IMG/VR virus record: IMGVR_UViG_2675903468_000011
Coordinates: 1-42,103 of that record
DNA length: 42,103 nt
Strand: one strand, 5' to 3'
Source: a virus
Lineage: Duplodnaviria; Heunggongvirae; Uroviricota; Caudoviricetes
A program made the position numbers and the translations under genes. The notes below the pieces were generated by a model. It searched no databases, had not been told where the DNA came from, and worked only from the letters and a program-made list of their open reading frames with translations. Below are positions 28,997-37,683 of the stretch, piece after piece. Positions within the stretch are counted from its first letter, which is position 1. Each line of letters opens with the position of its first letter.

Positions 28997-29377
28997 TTTG
29001 CAAAATAATTCATTTTCGCATTGACACAAAATCCCATAACGCATATAAATACGGTACCGCATAATTAATGCGTTTTTTAATACCAGCTCTTTAACAAACT
29101 GAACCGCGTGACAGGTAAGCCGCAGTGCTCCTGGCAAAACGAAATAGCACCCGATGGGATCGAGGTAAGCGCCGAGTCCGTATGCGTACGGTAAGCGTAG
29201 AGGACAACACCGCGACGAGCTGATAAGTCACGCAAATTGAAACGCCCCGATGATGGGGCGTGCAGTGAATTAATCAAAGGCTTCTGGCCTTTTACTAATC
29301 CACTGGCGAAGCACTGTCTAATTAATACAAGTCGAAGCCGCCGAACCACCAAAGTGAACTAAATGAGGAATTACAAG

Positions 29378-29572
29378 ATGCCTAAATATAAACTGGTTAA
29401 TGACCTGGCTATCGGCGACAAAATTGAATTCAGGGGAAAACGGATAATGGAGGTTACCCAAAAAACTGACCGCGACCAGCATAACGTTAGCCTGACTCTA
29501 GTTAACAAACATACAGGTTCTGCGACCAATACTTGTTTTAACCGAATGGATACCGTCGTCCTTCACCCATAA
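29378..29572 (+). CDS. Hypothetical small protein
   Basis: 64 aa from the second ATG, which has a GAGGA Shine-Dalgarno; the track start at 29363 lacks a ribosome-binding site. Confidence 0.4.
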   Translation: MPKYKLVNDLAIGDKIEFRGKRIMEVTQKTDRDQHNVSLTLVNKHTGSATNTCFNRMDTVVLHP

Positions 29573-29608
29573 CAATCCTCTGAATCCTCCATGTAATTGC
29601 TGTGTGTA

Positions 29609-29637
29609 GTCTTTGCCCGCCGCAAGTGACGGGCTTT
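29609..29637 (+). terminator. Rho-independent terminator
   Basis: GCCCGCCGCAAGTGACGGGC hairpin followed by TTTTTTT. Confidence 0.6.
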
Positions 29638-29700
29638 TTTTATGTCTGAAAGCGCACTCGCAACAGCGCGCTCCCCGATATGAAAAAAGGAATACAACCG

Positions 29701-29850
29701 ATGAAACCTGAATACCTCCATCGACTGACGGGGCGCGATGTTCTCCGTTATCGCCGTAAAAACTTCGATTTGATGACCTGTCTGGCCGTTGCCACTGCGC
29801 TCGGTCTGATCATCACTTTCATTCTCCTTGTAGCGAGGACCACAGTATGA
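29701..29850 (+). CDS. Small tail-anchored membrane peptide (49 aa), not in ORF track
   Basis: AAGGAA ribosome-binding site 10 nt upstream; [49 protein letters not shown]: basic N-terminus, single C-terminal TM; stop overlaps start of next gene (ATGA). Confidence 0.45.
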   Translation: MKPEYLHRLTGRDVLRYRRKNFDLMTCLAVATALGLIITFILLVARTTV

Positions 29851-30749
29851 GTTTAGAAACCAGTCTCGAACTTAATAATCAACTTCTGGCACAACATAAT
29901 GCGCTGCTTGAACGTCTTATCCGCACAATGGCATCAGGCATTGTTATGCATCCTGACACGATTTCACGAGTGCAGGAATGTCGGGATACAGCAACTGAAA
30001 CTGAAAATATGTCAGCGGCAATGACACTGGATGATCTGGAGTTCAGCGACGTTATCGCACTGGCTGGTTTCTACCCGGTAGCCACCCCTATCACAGAAGA
30101 CATGCTGCAACGTGCTGTTGCCTACCGTGATGCTGAAGGCGATAAACGAGTTGTTCAGATTGATGCTCTCGACAGCGCATTGCAGGGCGTCAAACGAGCC
30201 AGGGCGCTGCTTAAACCTGCTCTCCTGGACCTGTCCCGTAACATCCTTAAGTTCTGGGACGACCTGCCAACCATCGGCGAGCGACGTGCTTTTGCCGAGC
30301 AGCTACTTGATGCACCTGCGGATGGGCGTGATGAAGTTAAGCCGAAAAAGGCCAGTAACAAGGATGGAGAACGCACGGGGTCGTTTTACGTCAAAAATGT
30401 ATCCGGCACAGCAGCCAGTGAACTCCACACCTTACGCAAGTTGAACGAGATGCTGAAAAAAGGCCATATCGAGATCAACCGTGTTGAGTACCTTCAGCTG
30501 CAGGAAGAATTTGCACGCAGAGACGCAGCAAATTCCAGCCAGAATAATGACGCCAAAGATGACCATACAATTGATTTCGCGGCACTACGCAAACAAGCTG
30601 AAGGGTTGATCCTCCAGTTAGCAAAAGGGGGTTACCGGGCAGAAGCTATTGCAATTCTGGAAAAACAGGGAGCCAGGAAACTTGGTGAAGTAACGGATGA
30701 AAATCTCGCTGAAGTAATCACCCTGGCTGAAAAAGCACTGGAGGGTTAA
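29847..30749 (+). CDS. Hypothetical early protein
   Basis: 300 aa, helical, acidic; first large gene of plus-strand early operon; no recognised domain. Confidence 0.5.
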   Translation: MSLETSLELNNQLLAQHNALLERLIRTMASGIVMHPDTISRVQECRDTATETENMSAAMTLDDLEFSDVIALAGFYPVATPITEDMLQRAVAYRDAEGDKRVVQIDALDSALQGVKRARALLKPALLDLSRNILKFWDDLPTIGERRAFAEQLLDAPADGRDEVKPKKASNKDGERTGSFYVKNVSGTAASELHTLRKLNEMLKKGHIEINRVEYLQLQEEFARRDAANSSQNNDAKDDHTIDFAALRKQAEGLILQLAKGGYRAEAIAILEKQGARKLGEVTDENLAEVITLAEKALEG

Positions 30750-30751
30750 TC

Positions 30752-32053
30752 ATGCCAGACGTTCATGCACAACTTTCTCCATCATCAGCGCATCGATGGA
30801 TGCGCTGCCCAGGAAGTCTGGCGCTGGAGGCCACACAACCAGATAAAGAAACAACTTTTGCAATCGAGGGCACTGCAGCGCACGCGCTTGCTGAAAAAGT
30901 TCTACGAAACAGGCAAAGCCACCCGGAACACTACGCCGGATGCAATGTTTCTATGTTTCTCGGCTCATACCCCCTTCGCGAAAATCCTGATGATACATCT
31001 GGCCCACAGGTGGATGATGAAATGGTCGAAGCCGTTGGCCGGTATGTTGATACGGTCTGGACTCTTGCACAGAATAATGAACTATTGGTTGAACAACGTG
31101 TTGATTTCTCACATATAACGGGTGCGGAAGAATCTTTCGGAACTGCCGACGGCATAATCATCGCTGGTAACGAATTACAAATCCACGACCTGAAATATGG
31201 CAAAGGCGTCCGCATTGATGCAGAACAAAATGAGCAACTACAACTGTATGCTCTGGGTGCGCTCGAACAATTCAGCATGCTGTATGACTTTGAGACTGTA
31301 AGATTATTTATTCACCAGCCAAGGCTCAACCACGTTTCAGAATGGTCGTTAACCGTACAGGAACTTCAGTCTTTCGGTGAACGGGCACAGGAGGCCGCAA
31401 CCAGTGCGATCCTTGTTCTCAATATTGCTGAATGCGAAGGCATTGAGACACTACCGCTGGAAAACTTCATACCTGGAGAAAAACAGTGCCGCTTCTGTAA
31501 AGCAAAAGCTATTTGCACTGCCCAGAAAATGCAGCATTTACAAACAGCGGCCAGCGACTTTGAAGATCTGACAAAGCCTGTCAGCGAAATAATCACCAAT
31601 GCCAGCGCACGAGTACCTCTGTTAACCATTGAGCAGCTTGCGGAGATCTATAGTCAGGCCGACTTTATTGAATCCTGGCTAAAGGCAGTACGGGACCGGG
31701 TTCACAATGAACTCAATGCCGGACATCCGGTACCGGGGTTTAAACTGGTAACAGGAAAACAAGGTAACCGGGCCTGGAGTGATGAAGAGGCAGCTCGCGC
31801 ACTTCTGAAGGACCAGTTCAGGTACAAAACTGAAGAAGTATTCGACTTTAAACTTATTAGTCCCACAAAAGCCGAAAAACTTATCAAAAAGGCCAGTCCG
31901 CGCCGTTGGTCAAAAGTCGAGGCACTGATAACACGAGCTGATGGTAAACCCACCGTCGTTCCCGAGTCAGACCCACGCCCCGCACTCAATATCAACCTTA
32001 TAAATGATTTCGACGACGTATCCGACGATACGCTAACCGCAGACCTCATCTGA
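30752..32053 (+). CDS. PD-(D/E)XK-type nuclease with C-terminal Cys cluster (DUF2800-like)
   Basis: 433 aa; N-terminal [15 protein letters not shown] motif; Cys cluster [10 protein letters not shown] suggestive of Fe-S; upstream of DUF2815-like and DNA polymerase genes. Confidence 0.6.
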   Translation: MPDVHAQLSPSSAHRWMRCPGSLALEATQPDKETTFAIEGTAAHALAEKVLRNRQSHPEHYAGCNVSMFLGSYPLRENPDDTSGPQVDDEMVEAVGRYVDTVWTLAQNNELLVEQRVDFSHITGAEESFGTADGIIIAGNELQIHDLKYGKGVRIDAEQNEQLQLYALGALEQFSMLYDFETVRLFIHQPRLNHVSEWSLTVQELQSFGERAQEAATSAILVLNIAECEGIETLPLENFIPGEKQCRFCKAKAICTAQKMQHLQTAASDFEDLTKPVSEIITNASARVPLLTIEQLAEIYSQADFIESWLKAVRDRVHNELNAGHPVPGFKLVTGKQGNRAWSDEEAARALLKDQFRYKTEEVFDFKLISPTKAEKLIKKASPRRWSKVEALITRADGKPTVVPESDPRPALNINLINDFDDVSDDTLTADLI

Positions 32054-32068
32054 TTTAAGGAAATACCC

Positions 32069-32617
32069 ATGAAACTGAAGCTGAACAATGTTCGTCTGGC
32101 CTTCCCGTCTCTGTTTGAAGCTAAAACAGTAAACGGCGAAGGCGATCCACGTTTCTCCGCAGTATTTTTAATGTCTCCCAAACACCCACAACTGGAAGAA
32201 ATCCGTAAAGCTATGAAGCAGGTAGCGAAGGAAAAATGGGGGGAGAAGTGGGAGTCCATTTATAACCAGCTGGAGAAAAAACTCAATCTGTGCCTGCATG
32301 ATGGTGATGAAAAAGCAGAGTATGAAGGCTTTCCCGGCAATTTCTTCCTGAACGCTGCTAACAAAGCGCGCCCAGCTGTTCTTGATCGCGATCGTTCGCC
32401 ACTAATTCAGGCTGATGGACGTCCCTATGCAGGGTGCTATGTAAACGCCGTTATCGATATCTGGGCACAGGACAATAATTTCGGTAAACGCATTAATGCC
32501 TCACTCGGCGGAGTCCAGTTCCTGCGAGACGGCGATGCATTCGCTGGCGGCGGAGTGGCAAGCGCTGACGATTTCGACGATATCAGCGAAGGTGCTGATG
32601 CTGAAGCACTGATTTAA
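32069..32617 (+). CDS. DUF2815-like protein (putative ssDNA-binding)
   Basis: 182 aa; N-terminus MKLKLNNVRLAFPSLFEAK; conserved partner of DUF2800 and phage family-A polymerase. Confidence 0.55.
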   Translation: MKLKLNNVRLAFPSLFEAKTVNGEGDPRFSAVFLMSPKHPQLEEIRKAMKQVAKEKWGEKWESIYNQLEKKLNLCLHDGDEKAEYEGFPGNFFLNAANKARPAVLDRDRSPLIQADGRPYAGCYVNAVIDIWAQDNNFGKRINASLGGVQFLRDGDAFAGGGVASADDFDDISEGADAEALI

Positions 32618-32643
32618 AGCATCAATGTATCAGGTCGATAATA

Positions 32644-33243
32644 TCATTTGACCTGATACTTACTTGCATCTACTTTCAATAGCTGTAAATTATACTTATT
32701 TATAACTTCTCGCCCCGGGAAAAGAGTCCAGAACATAAAAACCGTAAACAAACAAAACAACATTACAACAACGCCAAGAACCATATAAACAGTACCCTTA
32801 TTTAGCAACAAACACAGAAATATTAGGCCATACACCAAATAAAAAATAGCTGCAATTTTAGAATACAAGCGATATCGTTTATATTTACCTTTATAACGTA
32901 TAAAAAATCTATCATATTTACATTGAATATGAGGTGCTAAGAACCACCACCGCCAAGATGGCATATCTAATTCAGAATACGTTCTTATATAAAGAATTAA
33001 CGGCCTAAGTTTCAAATTAACCATACCCAAGATGCTTTTTTTGATTTCTCTTTTTATTTCTGCCTTCATAAACTCTAACTCAGAAGGATCAATATACTCC
33101 CGATAATTTTCAAGAATATGTGAGAATTTTGTTGTTTTCGACAAAAACCAACTAACATCATTCAATAATTTATAAACACCCACTGCTGCGGTTATACCTG
33201 GGATTATGAGTCCGACAAGTGCAATAACATCTTTTATTTCCAT
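32644..33243 (-). CDS. Membrane protein, hypothetical (opposite-strand AT-rich insertion)
   Basis: 199 aa; N-terminal TM (VIALVGLIIPGITAAVGVY) and two C-terminal TMs (IAAIFYLVYGLIFLCLLL, VLGVVVMLFCLFTVFMFWTLF); markedly AT-rich; antisense to the surrounding replication operon. Confidence 0.55.
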   Translation of the reverse strand: MEIKDVIALVGLIIPGITAAVGVYKLLNDVSWFLSKTTKFSHILENYREYIDPSELEFMKAEIKREIKKSILGMVNLKLRPLILYIRTYSELDMPSWRWWFLAPHIQCKYDRFFIRYKGKYKRYRLYSKIAAIFYLVYGLIFLCLLLNKGTVYMVLGVVVMLFCLFTVFMFWTLFPGREVINKYNLQLLKVDASKYQVK

Positions 33244-33269
33244 ACAACTAACCCTTCGGAATAAATACC

Positions 33270-35333
33270 ATGTCCAATATACTATGGGGCGACCTGGAAA
33301 CCTATTGCGAAATCCCTATTACGAACGGCACCCATGCGTATGCCGAAGGCGTTGAAGTGATGCTGTTCGCATGGGCTATCAACGACGGGCCAGTAAACGT
33401 ATGGGATATCACTGCTGGTGGCGGTATTCCACACGAATTATACGAAGCAATCGCAGCCTCTGAAACCCTGCTTTATTTCCATAACTCTCACTTCGACCGC
33501 ACCGTTCTGCGTTATGTAATGCCGCGACTGGCACCGCCAGTCGAACGTTGGCGTGACACGATGGTGCAGGCGCTGGCGCACGGTCTCCCGGGGTCTCTGG
33601 GGGAACTCTGCGAAGTACTAGGCGTCCCGCAAGACAAAGCGAAGGACAAAGAAGGTAAAGCGCTGATCCAGCTGTTCTGTAAGCCACGCCCGAAAAACAG
33701 CAAACTGCGTCGGGCCACCAGTAAAACCCACCCGGAAGAATGGCGGCGCTTTGTTGCTTACGCCGGACTGGATATCGAGGCAATGCGCGAAGTCTATAAA
33801 CGTCTGCCGAAGTGGAATTATCAGGGGACAGAGCTGGCGCTCTGGCATCGTGATCAGCAGATCAACGACCGGGGCGTCTGCATGGACATGCAACTCGCGC
33901 GCGCTGCGATCGAAGCGGTAGACCAGGAGCAAAAGCGCCTGGCAAAGCGTACACAGGAAATGACTGATGGCGAAGTGCAGGCAGCCACACAACGGGACGC
34001 GTTGATTAAGCACATCGTTGAATCCTACGGTGTGGAGCTACCAGACATGCAACGCAGTACCCTAGAACGTCGTATAGCCGACCCCGATTTACCATCTGCC
34101 GTGAAAGAACTGCTGGCTATCCGCCTGCAAGCCAGTACTACCAGCACCAGTAAATACAAGGCACTAATGAAAGGCGTAAGCCACGACGGGCGCTTACGCG
34201 GTACGCTACAGTTCTGCGGGGCGTCGCGTACCGGGCGCTGGGCCGGACGGCTATTCCAGCCCCAGAACCTTCCCCGCCCTTCACTAAAACAGGAACAAAT
34301 AGACGAAGGCATCGAAGCACTGAAAGCCGGATGTGCAGACCTGCTGTTTGACAATATCATGGAACTAACCAGTTCAGCGTTACGTGGCTGCATTATCGCG
34401 CCAACAGGCAAAAAACTGGTGGTAAGTGACTTGTCGAACATTGAAGGCCGTATGCTGTCATGGCTGGCAGGAGAAGAATGGAAACTGAATGCATTCAGAG
34501 AGTACGACGCCGGAACGGGTCCGGACTTATATAAACTGGCGTATGCAAAAGCTTTTGATATTGCACCAGATGATGTTGATAAACACATGCGTCAGATCGG
34601 TAAAGTCATGGAACTCGGTCTGGGTTATGGTGGTGGTGTGTCGGCCTTCATCACTTTTGCACTGGTTTACGGTCTCGATCTCGACGAGCTGGCAAACGCT
34701 GCACTGCCAAACATTCCCCGCGATGTTATCCGCGAGGCGAAAAGCTGGTACGGCGAATCGGTTAAACGTAAGTCAACCTACGGGCTTTCTGAACGGGTAT
34801 TTATCGCCTGCGACTCACTTAAACGTCTCTGGCGCAGGGCGCACCCGGCGACCTGCGATTTCTGGTACGAACTGGAGCGCACCGTCCGCACTGCAATCGC
34901 CACACCGCAAAAAACATTGTATTGCGGCTATCTTAAAATCCGCCGCGATGGCGCGTGGCTGCGCATACAGCTACCATCCGGGCGCGCACTCTGCTACCCA
35001 TCCCCGTCCATCGAGAAGGGGAATATCACCTATCAGGGCGTTAACTCCTACTCGCGCAAATGGCAGCGGCTCAAAACCTACGGCGGAAAGCTGGTGGAAA
35101 ACGTCACTCAGGCGGCCGCCCGCGACGTTCTGGCCGGAAACATGCCGCTGATCGAGGATGCCGGTTACAGCATTGTGCTGACGGTACACGATGAGGTGAT
35201 CACCGAAGCGCCGGACACAGACGATTTTAACGATACGGCGCTTTCCGCGCTGCTCTCCACTAACCCCGAATGGGCGCCCGATATCCCGCTGAACGCTGGC
35301 GGCTTCGAGGCGTACCACTACCGTAAGGATTAG
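33270..35333 (+). CDS. Family-A DNA polymerase (3'-5' exonuclease plus polymerase domains)
   Basis: 687 aa; exonuclease-like N-terminus ([10 protein letters not shown]...[12 protein letters not shown]); downstream palm/fingers region ([10 protein letters not shown]...LTVHDEV). Confidence 0.75.
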   Translation: MSNILWGDLETYCEIPITNGTHAYAEGVEVMLFAWAINDGPVNVWDITAGGGIPHELYEAIAASETLLYFHNSHFDRTVLRYVMPRLAPPVERWRDTMVQALAHGLPGSLGELCEVLGVPQDKAKDKEGKALIQLFCKPRPKNSKLRRATSKTHPEEWRRFVAYAGLDIEAMREVYKRLPKWNYQGTELALWHRDQQINDRGVCMDMQLARAAIEAVDQEQKRLAKRTQEMTDGEVQAATQRDALIKHIVESYGVELPDMQRSTLERRIADPDLPSAVKELLAIRLQASTTSTSKYKALMKGVSHDGRLRGTLQFCGASRTGRWAGRLFQPQNLPRPSLKQEQIDEGIEALKAGCADLLFDNIMELTSSALRGCIIAPTGKKLVVSDLSNIEGRMLSWLAGEEWKLNAFREYDAGTGPDLYKLAYAKAFDIAPDDVDKHMRQIGKVMELGLGYGGGVSAFITFALVYGLDLDELANAALPNIPRDVIREAKSWYGESVKRKSTYGLSERVFIACDSLKRLWRRAHPATCDFWYELERTVRTAIATPQKTLYCGYLKIRRDGAWLRIQLPSGRALCYPSPSIEKGNITYQGVNSYSRKWQRLKTYGGKLVENVTQAAARDVLAGNMPLIEDAGYSIVLTVHDEVITEAPDTDDFNDTALSALLSTNPEWAPDIPLNAGGFEAYHYRKD

Positions 35334-35386
35334 CTGATCGCTGTCATTGCTGCTTTGCTAAATATTGCTTATTTTATAGGAAAATA

Positions 35387-36148
35387 ATGATGCAGGATCT
35401 CAATGAAATGGCTCTCAAATACCCACACCCTGTCGAAACTTTTCGTCAATTTTTAGTCGAATCCGGATTTGATGTTACCGGAGAAGAAAACAAAGCCGGT
35501 CATGATTGTTATCGTTTAAGTAATGGTGCCATCATAACGCTTTACCACACCGGAACGATTTTGATTCAAGGATCACAAGCGGCAAAACCAGAGGTTGAAG
35601 CCATTATTAATGAACACTTGGGTAATGCGCCAGCTCAACGAGTTCAGCCAGCCCTGGTTCAAGAGCCAGCCAAAAAGATTTTCATCGTTCACGGTCACGA
35701 CCATGCAGCAAAAGAGCAGCTTGAGCTCATTCTTCATAAGCTTGGGTTACCTGATCATTTTATTTTGCAGAATACAGGTGGTACTGGACTTACGATAATT
35801 GAAGAACTTGAGCGTGAAATTGGTCAAGGGCAGACAGCGACTCGTTTCGGCATTGTTCTTCTCACTCCCGATGATGTGGGATACTCCAAAAGAGACGGTC
35901 AAGAAGCAGCCCTGCCCAGGGCTCGTCAAAACGTAGTTCTAGAAATGGGGATGTTGTTATCATCACTCGGCCGCAGTAACGTGGTCATCTTGCAGAAGCA
36001 ACACCTTGAACAGCCTTCTGATGCTGCGGGTATTCTTTATCTCAACTTTAATGATCATGTTCGAGAAACTGTACCTCGCTTAATCCAGCGCCTTAAACAG
36101 GCCGGTTTCACATTTAATGAAGCTCAAATAGCGAACGCTTCATCTTAA
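35387..36148 (+). CDS. TIR-like domain protein (N-terminal unknown domain plus C-terminal TIR-like nucleotide-binding fold)
   Basis: 253 aa; C-terminal motifs KKIFIVHGHDHAAKEQLE, GIVLLTPDDVG, RQNVVLEMGMLLSSLGRSNVVIL resemble the bacterial TIR-like (COG4271-type) family from memory; own ribosome-binding site and downstream terminator. Confidence 0.5.
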   Translation: MMQDLNEMALKYPHPVETFRQFLVESGFDVTGEENKAGHDCYRLSNGAIITLYHTGTILIQGSQAAKPEVEAIINEHLGNAPAQRVQPALVQEPAKKIFIVHGHDHAAKEQLELILHKLGLPDHFILQNTGGTGLTIIEELEREIGQGQTATRFGIVLLTPDDVGYSKRDGQEAALPRARQNVVLEMGMLLSSLGRSNVVILQKQHLEQPSDAAGILYLNFNDHVRETVPRLIQRLKQAGFTFNEAQIANASS

Positions 36149-36170
36149 TCAATCATTTTCCTAAAAAGTA

Positions 36171-36196
36171 AAAAGCCCTGCAAATGCAGGGCTTTT
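36171..36196 (+). terminator. Rho-independent terminator
   Basis: GCCCTGCAAATGCAGGGC hairpin followed by TTTTT directly after the TIR-like gene. Confidence 0.7.
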
Positions 36197-36213
36197 TACT
36201 TGAGGTAACCCCT

Positions 36214-36432
36214 ATGTCATTTAAATATCGGGACAGTCCGCTGTACTACCGGACTGCGCGGGAGGCTTTGCGCCTTGAGCAGTCCGGTGAATACGACCTG
36301 GCGGCGAAGGTCTGGGCCAAAGCAAACCGCGAATCACGTAACGAACTTAATCAGGACTGGAGCGAGCGCCGGGCTGATTTTTGCCTGATGCAGAGCATGC
36401 GCGAAAAGCGTAAGGCGGTGGACGATGCCTAA
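36214..36432 (+). CDS. Hypothetical small helical protein
   Basis: 72 aa from ATG preceded by GAGG; the track start at 36184 lies inside the terminator. Confidence 0.4.
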   Translation: MSFKYRDSPLYYRTAREALRLEQSGEYDLAAKVWAKANRESRNELNQDWSERRADFCLMQSMREKRKAVDDA

Positions 36433-36619
36433 CATCGATAATAAAGGGTGGGGTTTTCCCGCCCTGTCGAAAAAAGCGCATTTCTTTAATTCAGGGGAAG
36501 CCATATCGCTATGCGGTAAATGGATGTTCACCGGCATCAGGATTGATGAATGGCATGAACACCCTGAGAACTGCGCTACCTGCATGAAGAAACGCAAAAA
36601 ACAGGAAGGCGAAAAATAA
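36425..36619 (+). CDS. Small Cys/His-containing protein (possible zinc-binding)
   Basis: 64 aa; C-x(n)-H-x-H-x(4)-C-x(2)-C pattern (LCGKW...WHEHPENCATC); overlaps neighbours. Confidence 0.4.
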   Translation: MPNIDNKGWGFPALSKKAHFFNSGEAISLCGKWMFTGIRIDEWHEHPENCATCMKKRKKQEGEK

Positions 36620-36888
36620 TGGCTTACGAACGTGAAAGCCTTATCGAAAAGCACCTCGTCGCCGAAGTGAAAAAGGCTGGCGGGTTGGCCTTTAAGTTCG
36701 TGTCACCCGGTCGCCGCTCGGTACCGGATCGCATTGTCCTGCTCCCCGGCGGTCGCCTCGTTTTCGTTGAATGCAAAGCACCCGGCAAACCACCACGCCC
36801 CGACCAGCTGCGCGAGCACGAACGGCTACGCGCGCTGGGCTTTACCGTGGTGGTACTGGATAGCAAAAATCTGGAGGGGATATTATAA
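36619..36888 (+). CDS. VRR-NUC domain nuclease
   Basis: 89 aa; PD-(D/E)XK-like core (PDRIVLLPGGRLVFVECKAP). Confidence 0.6.
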   Translation: MAYERESLIEKHLVAEVKKAGGLAFKFVSPGRRSVPDRIVLLPGGRLVFVECKAPGKPPRPDQLREHERLRALGFTVVVLDSKNLEGIL

Positions 36889-36889
36889 T

Positions 36890-37450
36890 TTAATCAGTGA
36901 CTTTTTGGTTCTGCTTCTGGTTCTCAAGCATACCTTGAAGTTCAGAATTATCATTTGCGGCAGTTTGCTGATGCTCATGATATTTTTCTTGCGTATAATT
37001 CCTTTCTTTTAACTTTTGTTCATAGTTATTAGAAATAATATCATGACGGTCTTGCAATACTTGTTCAAGTTGATTTTTAAAGTCGTTTATTTTATCTTCG
37101 GAGATCACATTTTTATATTTTTCAATATCACGACGAAGCTCTTTTTCTTTTTTCTTGTTAATACTTAACAACTGTCGATTAACACTGCCTAGTGACCATT
37201 TAAACCCTATCGATTTTATCCAGTGAGCCAAAAACATAGCACAACTAGGAAGTGCTAATAAAAGAAAAGGCTTAATTGAATTTAAATCAGAATCGATATG
37301 TGGGATATGCCCATCCCACGAGGCAACAAGTATGGTCAAAAGCCCTGTGACACCGCCAGCAGCTACATTTGAGAGCAGAGGAACTTTTTCGTAACTATCT
37401 GGCTTAGAGGCGCTACTCAAACGCACCTCCTTTGATTGTTCTTCCAGCAC
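36890..37450 (-). CDS. Membrane protein with C-terminal coiled coil (cassette gene C)
   Basis: 186 aa (alternative TTG start near 37420 after AAGGAGG); two TM segments (VAAGGVTGLLTILVASW, IKPFLLLALPSCAMFLAHWI) then Lys/Glu-rich heptad region; AT-rich. Confidence 0.55.
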   Translation of the reverse strand: MLEEQSKEVRLSSASKPDSYEKVPLLSNVAAGGVTGLLTILVASWDGHIPHIDSDLNSIKPFLLLALPSCAMFLAHWIKSIGFKWSLGSVNRQLLSINKKKEKELRRDIEKYKNVISEDKINDFKNQLEQVLQDRHDIISNNYEQKLKERNYTQEKYHEHQQTAANDNSELQGMLENQKQNQKVTD

Positions 37451-37661
37451 GAATAGCAGTCATCGCAATTTTGTAAAATTCGTCGTCAGAAGAAACATCG
37501 ACTACATCCCGACGAACAGTTCCTTCCGTGTCGATGTATTCAAGTACAAGATGGTGCTTAGATGTAAGCGCAAAGCGTAACCTATCAAACATCATCTTGA
37601 AAACCCAATACAATACAGGAAGAAGGCTAAAAAAAGCCAGCCAGAAAGCAAAAGCAATCAT
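37413..37661 (-). CDS. Small single-pass membrane protein (cassette gene B)
   Basis: 82 aa from ATG preceded by GGGAGGGG; N-terminal TM MIAFAFWLAFFSLLPVLYWVF plus soluble C-terminal domain; stop lies inside the SD/start of gene C. Confidence 0.5.
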   Translation of the reverse strand: MIAFAFWLAFFSLLPVLYWVFKMMFDRLRFALTSKHHLVLEYIDTEGTVRRDVVDVSSDDEFYKIAMTAIRAGRTIKGGAFE

Positions 37662-37683
37662 AGCCCCTCCCCATGTTAGCCTG

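Noticed and set aside
29077-29352. 91-aa minus-strand ORF in the spacer downstream of cI
   Set aside because: No ribosome-binding site, spans hairpin-rich intergenic DNA, and its composition does not look coding; more likely regulatory or sRNA-bearing spacer.
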